Positions 1 to 13,538 of a stretch of 64,000 nt of DNA are shown here, piece after piece. Source of the stretch: Octopus sinensis (Eukaryota); NCBI RefSeq assembly GCF_006345805.1, contig NC_042998.1:96038001-96102000 (forward strand). Reading direction: 5' to 3'. The first letter of the stretch is position 1; the number at the start of each line of letters is the position of its first letter. The notes under the pieces are model-generated. The model had not been told where the DNA came from. It did not search any database and saw only the letters and a program-made list of their open reading frames with translations. A program made the position numbers and the translations under genes.

Positions 1-270
1 ACGCGAAATTAACTTGTATATGCGCCACTGCGCTGTTAATATAAAAACCTTTCAGCGAAACATATTTTTAAATAGTACACACACACACACCGCACACACA
101 CACACCGCACACACACGTATGTATGTATGTATACTACAGAATAGTATAGTAGCACAAAGAGGCTACCTTAAAGATAGTGTGCTTGGCATTCATAGTGGTT
201 ATTATTTAGCATTCATCATTGATGTGATTATTGAATGCAAGTGTGCCTGTTTATTTGTACCCATCATCGC

Positions 271-306
<36 letters not shown>

Positions 307-1060
307 GTGTGTGTGTGTGTGTGTGTGTATGTGTGTCTATCTCCCTCTCCCCCTCTTGTTCTTCATCATCACGTGGTTTTCTCCTTTCTGGTTTTCTCTC
401 CCACCTTTCCCTATTCTTCTTCTCTCCCCTTCACCGTTCCCTCCCTCTCACTCCTCCTCTCGACTCTCTCGTCGCTGACACGTGACGAGAAGGAATCTAT
501 CTTTCTGACTACTACCTTCATAAAGACTAAACGTGCTTATACTGTCTCTTCATAAGCTCGTCTCCCTAAGCGTTCAGAATAATTTTTCCATCGTCTTGGC
601 TTAACAACCCTCAACGTTTGTTTTTACTGTTTTGTTCTCATTGTTCTGTATTTTACTATTTTTACTTTTTTATTGTTTTTACTGTTTTGTTCTCACTGTC
701 GTGTGCTTGTTACCAATTTCACCCTCGGCAAAAAATCACAAATTCTATTTAATTTGCTTTGCGGGAAGAATTGTTTCAACGAAGTCGCGTCTTGTCCTTG
801 CCTTCTTAATGTGGAGTAGTTGAAACAGGGACAACTGAAGAAGGGGAATATTCTTTATGTTGTATGTCCCGTTTCTCTGTTTTTTTTTCATTGTTCTAAA
901 AAAAAGTTCGTTTCTATGGTCTTGTCTTTATGTTTTCGTTTCTCATTGTGTTCAACGTTTTTTTATGTCCTGTATATATACATATATATGTAGGTATGTA
1001 CATATCTGTATGTATATATACATATATATGTAGGTATGTACATATCTGTATGTATATATG

Positions 1061-1144
<84 letters not shown>

Positions 1145-1172
1145 TGTGTGTGTATGTATGTATATATATATA

Positions 1173-1781
1173 CAAAATGGGGCAAGAACGCAAAATATCC
1201 GGACAGCTAGGTGATACAAAAATGGGACAACAAAGCATCCAGATAGACGATTCAAAGAAAAAACAAGGACGGGTCATTCGAAGTTTTCTTTCCTCAGTTA
1301 AATACCAGATTATCCCCGCAATTTTGACTGATTATACTTGAGATTGCTCCAATCTGGCCAGCCCCAAGGAAAAACTAAGCTAAGAGCATTAGATTCCTTG
1401 GAAGAAAGCAGCGAATGTACACAAAAACAAAGACGGTAAAAAACGCACAATGTTACACAAATATAAATACAATAAAAATAATAACAAGACATAATTACAG
1501 GTGTCTTTCGACTAAGGACGAATTGAATTAAGCTGGCGTGTGTGGAAATGAAGCCTTACGGCAGAGATACAAAGTTTCACAAACACAAGGAGGAATATCG
1601 ATGTTGCACGGACAACCACCAGACCAAGAAAGAAAGAACAGGCTTGGCCGAACGCCGGTTATGTGGGAAGAGAAGAGAGAGAAGTAGAAGCAGAGGGACA
1701 GAAGGATTAAGGAGGGGCGAGAAAAAATGACAGGAACACAGTGAAGTGAAAAGTGGAGGGAAAGTGAGCAAGAAGAGAAGG

Positions 1782-1785
<4 letters not shown>
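1173..1785 (-). mobile_element. Dispersed ~610-bp element flanked by (TA)n; inverted copy of 59585-60222; probably Penelope-derived non-autonomous element
   Basis: Reverse complement aligns by eye along its length to 59585-60222, including an identical 39-nt block ACTGAGGAAAGAAAACTTCGAATGACCCGTCCTTGTTTT; both copies are bounded by TA repeats. Confidence 0.65.
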
Positions 1786-1831
<46 letters not shown>

Positions 1832-1835
1832 GCGT

Positions 1836-2130
1836 GGAGGCGCAATGGCCCAGAACTTAGGGCAGCAGACATGCGGTCGTAGGATCGCGGTTTCGATTCC
1901 CAGACCGGGCGTTGTGTGTTCATTGAGCTATAACACCTAAATCTCTACGAGACTCCGGCAGAGGTGGTGGTGATCCTTGCTGTACTCTTTCACCACAACT
2001 TTCTCTCACTCTTTCTTCTGTTGGCCTGCTCGCTTAGCCAGCTGGGCGTCGTCATTGAAGGCTAAAACGATGCGAAGTGCATTGAGGCCAGCGATGTGTA
2101 GCAACATCTGATGGCCTGGTCGGTCACGTG
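1836..2130 (+). mobile_element. tRNA-derived SINE (family C-type head)
   Basis: A-box-like TGGCCCAGAACTTAGG and B-box-like GGTTTCGATTCC followed by gcgttgtgtg..ttgagc, as in 33755, 43927 and 48645. Confidence 0.7.
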
Positions 2131-2143
2131 ATATATATATATA

Positions 2144-3404
2144 TAGTGTGCGATGGGTAAACTGTCGCCATTTTATACTTTAAGTTTTGGGCATACGCAT
2201 TATTTGTTTTGGATTTTGTCAACTACACAGTATAGTAAGGTCATTTGTGCAACGTCTGTTAGAAAAACAGCACCATGACGCAATTCACTCTGCCAGAAAT
2301 TTGGAAACAACATACTGTACTGCTTGGCATTCACGCCGGAAGCTCTAATACGAACATTTCAGAGTGTTTGGGTGTTAATCTGAGGACAGTGCAGAGGATT
2401 TGGAAAGAGTTGGATGAGTTTAATGGTGATCACGAAGGTACGGCAGCTCAGAAAACTCACTCATATCGTTCCAATAAGAAAACTCCTGAATTTGTTGGTG
2501 AGATCAAGGCCATGATTGACAACGATCCCTCCAAGTTAATCAGGTCCAGGAACATGGAAGTATCTGAGTTTTTTTATCTGGCAGGGAGTGCATGAAGACA
2601 TTCGGTATTCCTCATGATGAGAAAGGGCCAGTTTTTATCCCAAGCCATTAAAGACAAGGAGAAATACCACGCTACGAAGCTTTTGAACAAATTCAAGCAT
2701 CTCCTCCAACAGAACATGGTTTGGTTTTTCTCAGACGAGAAGAATTTCTACCAGGATCAGATGGTGAACACACAGAACAACCGTTAGCTTGCCGTATCCC
2801 CAAAACATGTACCGAGAGTGATAAAAATCAAACATCCAGTCAACATCATAGTGTTTGGAGTGATTACTAGTGATGGCGAGGTTATGCCTCCATTCATCTT
2901 CCCACACGGCCTCAAACTCAACACGGAAGCCTAAATCAAGTGCCTGGAGGAGGAAGTGCTGCCCTGGGTCAAGCGTGTGGCTGCTGGAAGACCCTATGTC
3001 TGGTAATAGGACTCTGCACCATGCCATACAAGCAGGAGAACCTAGTCATGGCTGTCAGACAATCTCTGCAACCATATAACCCATAACATCTGGCCATCTA
3101 ACACGCCAGACTGCTACCCCCTTGATTATTATGTGTGGGGCGCAACTGAGCGAGAGACCAACAAAACTCCTTGTAACTAAGATGAATTGAAGGTAAGTAT
3201 TATAGCAGCATTGACCAACTTAAACAAAGAAACCGTCCAGAAGAGCTGTAGGCGGTTCCGAAGTCATCTGGAGGCTGTCGTCGAAGCCAATAACGATTTT
3301 ATTGAATAAATTTACTCTTTAGTATTTCAAGATATTTTTACGTAATTTTGGTAGCTATATCTGATAAAACGAGATCTCAGTGTTATTTTCCTTTTTGCGT
3401 CATT
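2144..3404 (+). mobile_element. Decayed Tc1/mariner transposon, maT (DD37D) type
   Basis: Starts TA|TAGTGTGCGATGG. Fragmented transposase 2275-3309 has FFSDEKNF, VFGVITSDGEVMPPFIF, DSAPCH and WPSNTPDCYPLDYYVW, with 37 residues between the second and third catalytic D. The right TIR is lost in a microsatellite. Confidence 0.9.
2275..3309 (+). pseudogene. maT/DD37D transposase pseudogene (stops and frameshifts)
   Basis: ORF 2275-2595 gives the N-terminal HTH region; the DDD domain continues in other frames and ends FIE*. Confidence 0.88.
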
Positions 3405-3458
3405 GTGTGTGTGTGTGTTTGTGTGTATATATGTGTTTGTGTGTGTGTGTGTGTTCGT

Positions 3459-3537
<79 letters not shown>

Positions 3538-3574
3538 TGTATGTATGCGTATATATATATACAACGACGACAAA

Positions 3575-4005
3575 AACAATAATAATCGTTTCAAATTTTA
3601 GCACAAGGACAGCAATTTTGAGGGAAGGCGGCAAATCGATTATAGCACTTGAAAAATACTTTATTTTATCGATCCCATAGAACGATGAAAAGATAAAAGA
3701 CAAAATCGACCTTGGTAGATTTTTGAACTGAGAACGTAAAGCCGGAAGGAATGTCACAAAGCATATTGTCTGGCCTACTCACGATTTCGCCAGTTCACGA
3801 GCTGGCGAAATCGTGAGTAGGCCAGACAAAATGGTTTCAAATTTATAATGGTTTCAAATTTTGGTACAAGACCAGCAATTTCTGTGAAGTGGGTGAGTCC
3901 CTTCAAAGTTTGAAATGTAGAGTCGAATCAGGAGACTTTTAACTCAAAGCATTAAAATGGACGACGTGCCGCTAGGCATTTTGCCCAACGTGCCAGCTTA
4001 CCGCC
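3575..4005 (-). mobile_element. Two degenerate tRNA-SINE family A copies joined by a 64-bp fold-back (3766-3829)
   Basis: ttttatcgatccc..gatgaaa..aaaatcgacctt..ttgaactgagaacgtaa matches the reverse strand of family A. Confidence 0.65.
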
Positions 4006-4275
4006 GTTAATTTTTACGTTCGCTGTCCACGCTGGCTTTAGACGGTTGTGTCATTCCATATTTAAATAATATATATATTCATGTACGGGTATCATCAATA
4101 CGTAGATATACATATACAAACATAAATATGTGTGTATGCGTGTGTGCGTGAGTGTGTTTGTAGCACATGTGTATGTGTCTGCGTCTATGAGCGTGTATGT
4201 ACAGTATGGTTGCTTGGCCTGCTACAAACAGCGACCAGATCTCATCAACACATACACACACACACACACGCACGC

Positions 4276-4358
<83 letters not shown>

Positions 4359-4442
4359 ACAAAGTGAAGTTGTAAGATACCGCACGAGTGGAAATATATA
4401 TGAAAGAAGGTTTGAAAATGCAATTTTAAAAGGTGTTTATTC

Positions 4443-4484
4443 ACTTGACTGGTTTCACTTTTTTAGAAAAAGATTGCCAAAAGT
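4443..4484 (-). ncRNA. Degenerate type I hammerhead-like motif
   Basis: Minus strand: actt-TTGGCAA-tcttt..aaaag-t-GAAA-ccag-TC-aagt; helix I pairs, but the CUGANGA box is mutated. Confidence 0.4.
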
Positions 4485-4884
4485 AAAATGTAAAAGCTTT
4501 GTAAAAACTTTGTTGTGTTAAGTACTGGTTGTCACAAAATATTACAATACATATATACATTCTTTGATAATAATAAGAAAATGTTAAAACAGTTTACAAG
4601 GAAAAGTCTTGAGAAAATATTAAAAAGTTCATTGAAAATATAAGGATTTCATTAAAAATCATGTTTGTTTGGAAGTATCTATAAATATACACAGAAAAAT
4701 AAGTTCACATATTTTGGTGGTATATATATATAGAAGGAGATATATTTAGGAGTTTACAAAGAATTTGAGATAAACTGACCTGTTTTACCATTTTTTCATT
4801 TCCTGTGAAGCTAAATAAAGGCTGATTACTATTTTAAGGGACGGTGTGGGTGGCTGGTTTGGGTGGTAGGAAGAAGGAGCAATG

Positions 4885-4940
<56 letters not shown>

Positions 4941-4943
<3 letters not shown>

Positions 4944-5473
4944 AGATAAGAAAATGGAGAAATACATCTAAATCAAATATCAATTACCAGATAATACTCA
5001 ATCACATACTTTATTAAACCACCACATAAGAGACTGTGGGGTTAAATATAAAAAGCAGAACAAATCAGTGTACATATAGGAATGTACATAAAAAAGTGTA
5101 CATAAAAAAGTAATGTTGTATAATAAGTAGAATATATATAAAAGAGAATATAAATATAAGTAAATATAAATATAAGTATAGATTACATCTTACAGCTGTT
5201 TCGACCATGGCCGAAACAGCTGTAAGATGTAATCTATACTTATATTTATATTTACTTATATTTATATTCTCTTATATATATTCTACTTATTATACAACAT
5301 TACTTTTTTATGTACACTTTTTTATGTACATTCCTATATGTACACTGATTTGTTCTGCTTTTTATATTTAACCCTACAGTCTCTTATGTGGTGGTTTAAT
5401 AAAGTATGTGATTGAGTATTATCTGGTAATTGATATTTGATTTAGATGTATTTCTCCATTTTCTTATCTTGTA
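4941..5473. repeat. ~530-bp near-perfect palindrome (arms ~266 bp) centred at 5207/5208
   Basis: acaagataagaaaatggaga... matches ...tctccattttcttatcttgt; centre is tacagctgtttcgaccatggccgaaacagctgta. Confidence 0.97.
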
Positions 5474-5638
5474 TTAGTAATTTGTGGTAAATCATTTTAC
5501 CTTTGCCCATATAATACAGTAAATGAATTGATTGCATCGCAATCATTAACATTTATGTATTAACTTTGTTGGGTACTTCACTAGCAGTATATTGGATATA
5601 TGTTATCCCATGGAGGGTTGCATTTACAACCCCTATCT

Positions 5639-6899
5639 CAAGAGATGCATAAGGTATTTGAGGACATCTTTTTTGTTCATTGCTGCATTTTTTGCTGCAT
5701 TTTTGCTGCATTTTTTGCTAACTCTATATAATCTTTGTTTCAGAAGATAATAATGGCAAACCCTCAGCTTACTCAAGAAATGAAGAGGCATGCTGTTATT
5801 GTGACTATAAAGGCTGAGCATAGCGATTTAGAATTATCTCGATTTTTAGAAGTTGTCAGTTCTTTCGTCTACAAGGTTCGTAAGAAGTTAGATCTCGAAA
5901 ATGGAAAAATATCACCAGTATCAAAGCATAAAAAACATTCTAAACGCTCTGAAATCATCAGAACACCTGAATTTATCCAACAAGTTCAACAAACCATTGA
6001 TTACAATCCCATAAAATCCATAAGGTCTATTGCAAGAGATCTCCATGAATCAGAAAGAACATTCTTAAATGGTATCCACTAAGACATGACATAAGTCATA
6101 TATGACGAGTAAAGGTCAATTTATGTCAGAAAAAGCAAAAGAAAATCGCTACGTCATATCTAAAAGGCTGAAAAATCCAGCAGAAAAGATTTGGTTTGGT
6201 TTTTCTCAGCCGAGAAAAACTTTGACCAAAATCAAAAAATTAACAAAAGAAATGACAGATGGTTATATGCAGACCCTTCTGAAGTTCCATGTAAAATTTC
6301 CTGTAACTGTCATGGCTTTAGGGGTTGTCAGCAATGAAGGACATGTAATGCCTCCTTATTTCTTTCCACAAGGCCTTACAGTTAACTTTGCTGTCTACAC
6401 TGAGGTCCTGGAAACAGTTGTTAAACCTGGATAGACAGTGTACGCAATGGAAAGTCATATGTGTTTCATCAAGACTCTACACTATCACACAAGGCTCACG
6501 CAGGAATGGATGGCTGAAAATTTTCATGATCACATAACACCTAACATTTGGCCTCCTAATTCTTCAGATCTCAATCCATTGGACTATTATGTGTGGAGCG
6601 TTGTTGAAAGAGAGGTGAATGAACAAGCCTATAACACCAAAGAAATCTTTGAAAGCCGCCATAGTCAAAGTAAAATCCAAAACGAACCAGGACCACTTGA
6701 TTCGAGCATGTAGACAACTTAGATCTCATATAGAAATAGTTATTGAAGCTGAAGGTGGCTTTCTTGAATAACATAGAAAAGAAAGTTTATTTTAATCTTC
6801 ATAGCATTTTATGATAATAAATTTATCATCTGTTATTATATGTCTGTTTTTTTTTTTGTTATAAACATAAATCTGTATTCAAATATCTTACGCACCCTG
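5639..6899 (+). mobile_element. Decayed Tc1/mariner transposon, maT-like, with degenerate TIRs
   Basis: Left gatgcataaggtatttgaggaca resembles the reverse complement of the right end (cagggtgcgtaagatatttgaataca), which is followed by TA. Fragmented transposase 5753-6771 has VMALGVVSNEGHVMPPYFF and WPPNSSDLNPLDYYVW. Confidence 0.9.
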
Positions 6900-7235
6900 T
6901 ATATCTTCCGTCAACCAAATCCACTCACAAGGTTTTGGTCGGTCCAGGATTATAGCAGAAGGCGCTTGCCCAAGGTGTTATGCAGTGGAGCTAATCCCGG
7001 AGCCATATGGTTGAAAAGTAAGCTTCTACACATGCGTGTATGGCGGTTGTTGCATGCGAACTTTCTATCGAACAGGATATTCAAACAATTAAACAGCTCA
7101 TACTGACCGTCTGTCATAAGTCGTGATAAATGTTTTACCTTTTATTCTTCATTTTCCTTCCTTTTTTTTTTTTTGATACTTGTAATTTGAATTCAGAATG
7201 CACAGAGCCGGAGCAAATATTACAAGGCGGATCTA

Positions 7236-7331
<96 letters not shown>

Positions 7332-8341
7332 TACATACATACATACACACACACACGCGCGGAAATTTGGATAATTCACACATGTCGACTTTATTTCTTC
7401 ATAATTTTCAGAAGAAACTAGATATTTGTAAATGAAAATTTCTCCCAGATACCTTTCAGATGGTATAGATTACGATTACATAGGAATTAAACGTAATACT
7501 GACGCACATCACATAGTTTTTCAAAATTTCAAGTTTCATTTTGTAAAAGTATATGTGATGTATGTCAGTATGTAAGTGTACACGCCAACCGACACCAATT
7601 ATTTTTTCGCATTAAATTCCGATGTAACTGTTGTCTACATCATCTGAAGTGTATTTGTAGAAAATTTCATTAAAAATACCAATTTTTCTGAAAGATATAA
7701 AAGAAAATAAAGTATCTTTCGGTATTTCCTCTGGAGTGTATAGAAATACTATTTTTCCATTCTTTGTTAAGTGCGCTTTGACATGACAACGTTTTTTCTG
7801 ACACGTCAACTTTTTCCATTCGACTACACGCCTAGACGAAACCGTTCCCATTTTGTATAGAAATAAGAACGACCGCTATGTATGTTGTGTTGTTCGTAGT
7901 GGTGGTGGTAGTGGTGTTGTTCGTATTTGTGTCATTTTAAATTTTATCCTGCTCGTTGCTGCTGTTGTTGTTGTTGCTGTTGTTGTTGTATATGATTTGT
8001 CTCTCGATCATATCAATTAGTGATGGGAAAATAATGTCCTAATGGCTTGTTCGAACAGCCGTCATTTCCCTCGATTTGGGAAAGCCATATTTTTATTTTT
8101 TATTTGAAGACATTAGATTTTAAGTTTTAAATCTCAAAATTCACCTTGAAAGGTAGAACTTTTAGCCAAACCAGCGCGCTTTGCTCACAGCGAGCTTGTT
8201 TATTTAACAAACAGTCCAACAAGAATTCGAATACCAAATAACAAAACAACAAATTTGATAAAAAAAACAAACTTACGAGCCATGAACAAGCATCTTCTCA
8301 TTCCAAACACTAATAATAATAATAATAATATAATAATAATA

Positions 8342-8376
<35 letters not shown>

Positions 8377-8390
8377 AATAATAATAATAA

Positions 8391-8851
8391 GATGGGCTAT
8401 AGCAAATATTCTGCTCAATACCACAGATTTGCTTGTCAGTTATTTGACCTTAACCAGTTGAGCATGTCCCTTAGTGGCTGACGATATGTGTATCTCTGAT
8501 CACGAGCAGAAGTAGTGGGGGAGCATGATAGCCATGTGTTGAGAGGGATTCTTTGGGGTTTGAATAATTCACCTCTGGAAACATGGGTGGTTCTTTCAAC
8601 ATCCTTAAACAACCCTTATTCAGGGACCTTTTGAGCAGGATGGGCTACTCAACCTGAAGAAAATTCTAACTGGGCCCCACCTGCAAGGTCATGTGCTGTT
8701 TATCTTGATATGAGATCACCATGTCGCGCACATATGGTTGTGATGCATGTGCCTGGTGTACCTTTATCAGACGGGTAGTCATGATGGGTATATTGGGCAT
8801 CGTATATTTTACCCCAGTGTCACTTTGATGGCATGCACTGCTCTCTCACTC
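8391..8851 (+). mobile_element. Dispersed repeat ending in (AAT)n, probably a non-LTR 3' end; copy 1
   Basis: Highly similar to 9517-9978; embedded between (AAT/GAT)n tracts. Confidence 0.7.
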
Positions 8852-8916
<65 letters not shown>

Positions 8917-8944
8917 TAATAATAATGATAATAATCCTTTCTTC

Positions 8945-9113
8945 TCTTGACACAAGGCCCGAAATGTTGGGTGAGGGAGCCAGTCGATTAGATCGACCCC
9001 AATACGCAGCTAGTACTTAATGTATCGACCCCGAAAGGATGGAACGTAAAGACAAACGAAATACCGCAAAGCATTTCACCCGGCATGCTAACATGTCTGC
9101 CAGCTCGCCACCT
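8945..9113 (-). mobile_element. tRNA-SINE family A, internally deleted
   Basis: tcgaccccgaaaggatg...gaaataccgcaaagcatttcacccggcatgctaacatgtctgccagctcgcc. Confidence 0.8.
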
Positions 9114-9117
9114 TAGT

Positions 9118-9165
9118 AATAATAATAAAATAATAATAATAATAATAATAATAATATAATAAGAA

Positions 9166-9196
<31 letters not shown>

Positions 9197-9354
9197 AAGA
9201 AGAAGAAGAAGAAGAAGAAGAAGCAGAAGAAGCAAGAAGAAGAAGAAGAAGAAGAAGAAGAAGAGAAGAAGAAGAAGAAGAAGAAGAAGAGAAGAAGAAG
9301 AAGAGAAGAAGAAGAAGAAGAAGAAGAAGAAGAAGAATGATAATAATAATACTG

Positions 9355-9418
<64 letters not shown>

Positions 9419-9420
9419 TA
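9118..9420. repeat. Compound (AAT)n-(AAG)n-(AAT)n microsatellite with a ~170-bp polypurine tract
   Basis: Direct reading. Confidence 0.97.
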
Positions 9421-9978
9421 GATACCCTGATGCAGTACCAGACAGTGGCTCTCATGGCTTCTGATCTTAACTGATTAGAAGTGTTGTCATGTACATTGTT
9501 TTGTTTTCGTATAAAAGATGGGCTACAGCAAATATTCTGCTTAATACCACAGATTTGCTTGTCAGTTATTTGACCTTAACCAGTTGAGCATGTCCCTTAG
9601 TGGCTGACGATATGTGCATCTCTGACCACGAGCAGAAGTAGTGGGGGAGCATGATAGCCATGTGTTGAGAGGGATTCTTTGGGGTTTGGATAATTCACCT
9701 CTGGAAACATGGGGGTTTCGTTCAACATCCTTAAACAATCATTATTCAGAGACCTTTTGATTGGGATGGGTTACTCAACCAGAAGAAAATTCTAACAGGG
9801 CCCCACTTGCAAGGTCATGTGCTGTTTATCTTGATATGAGATCACCATGTCACGCACATATGGTTGTGATGTATGTGCCTGGTGTGCCCTTATCAGATAG
9901 ATAGTCACGATGGGCATACTGGGCTTTGTTTATTTAACCTCAGTGTCACTTTGTTGGCGCGCACTGCTCCCTCACTCA
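9418..9978 (+). mobile_element. Same (AAT)n-tailed element, copy 2 (longer at the 5' end)
   Basis: gatgggctacagcaaatattctgc...cactgctccctcactc(aat)n repeated from 8391-8851. Confidence 0.7.
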
Positions 9979-10194
9979 ATAATAATAATAATAATAATAA
10001 TTAGGATGATGATGATGATGATGGAAGCAATTAGAAATTACAAATATAGAAACGAAAAACAGTTTATCTGAACGAAATGGAACAGTAATTACATTAGTCA
10101 CAGTAGTTGACCAAGTTTGCTGGAACTAAAATAGATAAAAATTGTCGCGATAAAAAAGAATCACAAAAGGATATTAGCAAGAATAAAATAAAAG

Positions 10195-10313
10195 TGTAAT
10201 GTGGTTAAGAAATTCGTTTTGAACACTTGTGATTTCGGGTTCAGTTCCACTGCTCGGCCCCTTGGGCAAATGTCTTCTACAGTGAATTTGGTTAACGGAA
10301 ACTGTTGAAACCC

Positions 10314-10353
<40 letters not shown>

Positions 10354-10866
10354 GTGTTGTGTTTGTATTTGTGTTATCTACGCCATTGCTTGAAAAACAG
10401 TATTGGTTTGTTTGCATCCCTGTAATTAGCGGTTAGGCAAAACAGACCGATAGAATCAGTAACAGATTTTAAAGGAAAAAAAAAACGGTTCTGGTGTCAA
10501 TTTGGTCGGCTACATCATTGAAGGTGATGCTCCAGCACGGCCGCAATTCAATGATAAAGGCAGAACGAAAAGAATGGAATATGATTAAAATTAGCAAAAC
10601 TGGTTTTAATCCGACTCCCGGTTTAACCCCTCCCTCGGCTCATGCGTATCTTTATCAGGATACACCCTGCTTGTGCAACCATTCAAATCAGGTTTCCATT
10701 CGGTTTGCGGATAACATCCTGTGTCTCACCAATTACGGAAACCCTGAAAACGATCATGAAACCACCAAATTACGGGAACCTATATGAACCAACATTGGTT
10801 GTCAAGCGGTGGAGAGGAGGGCAAACATAGACACAAATACACTGATACACACACACACACACATAC

Positions 10867-10925
<59 letters not shown>

Positions 10926-11365
10926 CACACACACACAGCTGCCTTTTCTCTTCAGACGAAAAGTTATAAAATCGGCACAGACATGGCTGTATGGTCAAGA
11001 AATTCTCTGTGAAATCATGTGATTTTAAGGCTTAGATCCACTATGCAACACCTTGGTCAGGTGTCTTCCCCGGGATGACCAATGCCTTATGAATGAATTT
11101 AACGGACGGAAATTGCGTGGAAGCCCATCTTATATAAACGGGTGTGCGTGCGTGTGAGTGTGTGTTTGTGTGTGTGTGTGAGTGTGTGTGTGTATGTGTG
11201 TGTGTGTGTGTTTAGATCCCCGTAATCAGGTAGTTCGTCAAAAGAGATCGATAGAATAAATACCAAGGTTAAAAAATAGAAATCGGATATTGTAATCAAT
11301 TTGTTCAACTAAAACCCTTCAAAGCGGTGCCCCAGTATGACCGTCGCCCGATAACTGAAACAGAA
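10195..11365. mobile_element. Cluster of diverged tRNA-SINE family B copies (10195-10560 +, ~10785-10970 -, ~10975-11365 +)
   Basis: gggttcagttccactg..ccttgggcaa.., internal (TG)n, gatagaat..agta, aggtgatgctccagca. Confidence 0.65.
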
Positions 11366-13286
11366 AAAGATAACGATATCAATAACAAAAAAAAAAAAAA
11401 AAAAAGCGATAAAGCCTCGGATTATGGGAAGATGTCAGACAGCAGAGCCACAGTCAGTTTTATATTTTCGTGTTCGTATGCTGAATTGACTCAATGTTTT
11501 ACTGCTAACTCTTCTATCGATAACCGACAGAGTTTCTCAATATCAATAGGTATATAAATCAAATCTGCCGTTAAAGCAAGCAGTCCAGTTTTCTCTTTCA
11601 TAATCTTTATCGCTTAAGCTCACATTGATCTGTTCTGAGAGCTTTCTCAAGAACAGTACCACTACTATTATAGCTTTTCAGACTATTTATTTCAGATCTA
11701 GAGACGAAAAATGAAGTAAAACGTATTTACATCTACGTTATGTTTTGATCGGTTTCATCGAGTGTTTTATTACCGGATTTTGTAGAACTGTGGAACATAC
11801 ATCCACTCTGTGTGCTGTATGTTGTATAGAAGCTAAGAAAGAATTCAATAATTTTTCCTATTTCTATAATACTACAGTAGTACGTTCCTAGCTACATAAG
11901 TTTTATGTCTAGCTGAAGGAAGTAACTTGAACATAACGAAAAGGAAACAGTTGGTAGTAATGGATGGTGACGGAGACGAGAGTCGTGACAGTGGTGGCGA
12001 TAATTGTGAATGCGGTAAGATAAAGAGAGGAAGAAAAAGGGGAGAGACTGAGAGAGAGAGAGGGGGGAGAAGAGTTTAGGATTTATGTAAGAGAGAAGGA
12101 AAACGAGAAAAAAAGAAAAAGAAGTAGAAAAGAAAGGGAGAAAATAAGAGATGATAATAGTAAATGGTAGTGGTGGTGATAGTGATGGTGTTTATTTTAT
12201 TTTATTATTTTTTTTGTTTATGACGGCTGTTGTCTGTTTATTGTTGGTAGTCATGGTAGGGGCAGTGACGGCGACGGCTTATTGTTTTTATGGGCATACG
12301 TGAGATTATAGTGTTTTTCTTTTTTGATTTCAAAAGGTATATTGTTTTAACCACCACCACACCACCACCACCACTATCACCATAACTTTCACAAACACCT
12401 TACCAACATCATCACCACAACAAACTATTATAGTTCTCAGTATGTACACACACATATATATACGACTATCTTCTTTCAGTTTCCGCCTATCAAATCCACT
12501 CACAAGGCTTTAGTCGACCCCAGGCAACAGTTGAAGACACTTGCCCAAGGTGTCACGCTGTGGAAATGAAACCGGAACCATGTGGTTGGGAAGCAAGCTT
12601 CTTACTACAGATAGTATTAATTGTAGTTTTAAATTTCTTATAATTAAAATTAGATAAACTTAGATAAACTTAGATATGTTTCGACCAAAGATTGATGTAG
12701 GCCATGTCTAACTTAATAGCATAACTTAATGATTGTCTTTTTAAATTGATATTCGCTAGTAGATTCCCATTGATAAATATATTTATAGTATTTATAGTAT
12801 TTATTCGATACTATATAACTACGAATTGATTATTTCTATAAGTATTTAAAATAAGATTTCCGAAAGTTCGTTTAAGTTTGTTTGTTTGTATTTTTGAAAT
12901 TAGCTATTTCATCTTTAAATATGAAAAATTAATTTATTAGGTCTTTATTATATGTGCATATGTATTTATTTATAGAGATTATTTTAGATCTTAATTATAA
13001 TATTTATATACATTTATATATTTTCATTGATAATTTTTATATATTTTAAAAAAATATTTATGTAATTAGATATAGACTATTACCGATATTAGATTATTGG
13101 TGGGTTTCTTACCTCATAAATTAAAATTAATATTTAACATTATAATCGATTTTGATATAATCATAATTGTTAAGTTTTAAGTTTCTAGTTTGATAATAGA
13201 GTTTATTATAAGTAAAATTATTATATTATTTATATTTTAAAAATATTATTTAAATATTTCTGATTATTTTAAAAATATTTCAATTA

Positions 13287-13377
13287 ACCTGAAGATTGAC
13301 TGTAACTATAATTCGAATTATTAATTGAATTTAAATTATTGTTATTCGAATTGGTACAGCTATGAAACGATCGTAGT
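13287..13377 (+). ncRNA. Type I hammerhead ribozyme motif with long helix II and weak helix I
   Basis: ac-CTGAAGA-(~68-nt hairpin ctgta..aattcgaat/attcgaatt..tacag)-GAAA-cgatcg-TA-gt. Confidence 0.65.
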
Positions 13378-13494
13378 GCTTTACTCTTTATCTTTTATTA
13401 AACATTAATACTTTTGATATTTATATAAAAAGAAAAAATAATTAATTAATTAATAAATAAGATAATATATAAATATAAAAAATATACAATATAT

Positions 13495-13538
<44 letters not shown>

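Noticed and set aside
12750-13280. Extremely AT-rich stretch as a mitochondrial insertion
   Set aside because: No recognisable mitochondrial gene or tRNA; it leads directly into an HHR-bearing element, so a decayed retroelement is more likely
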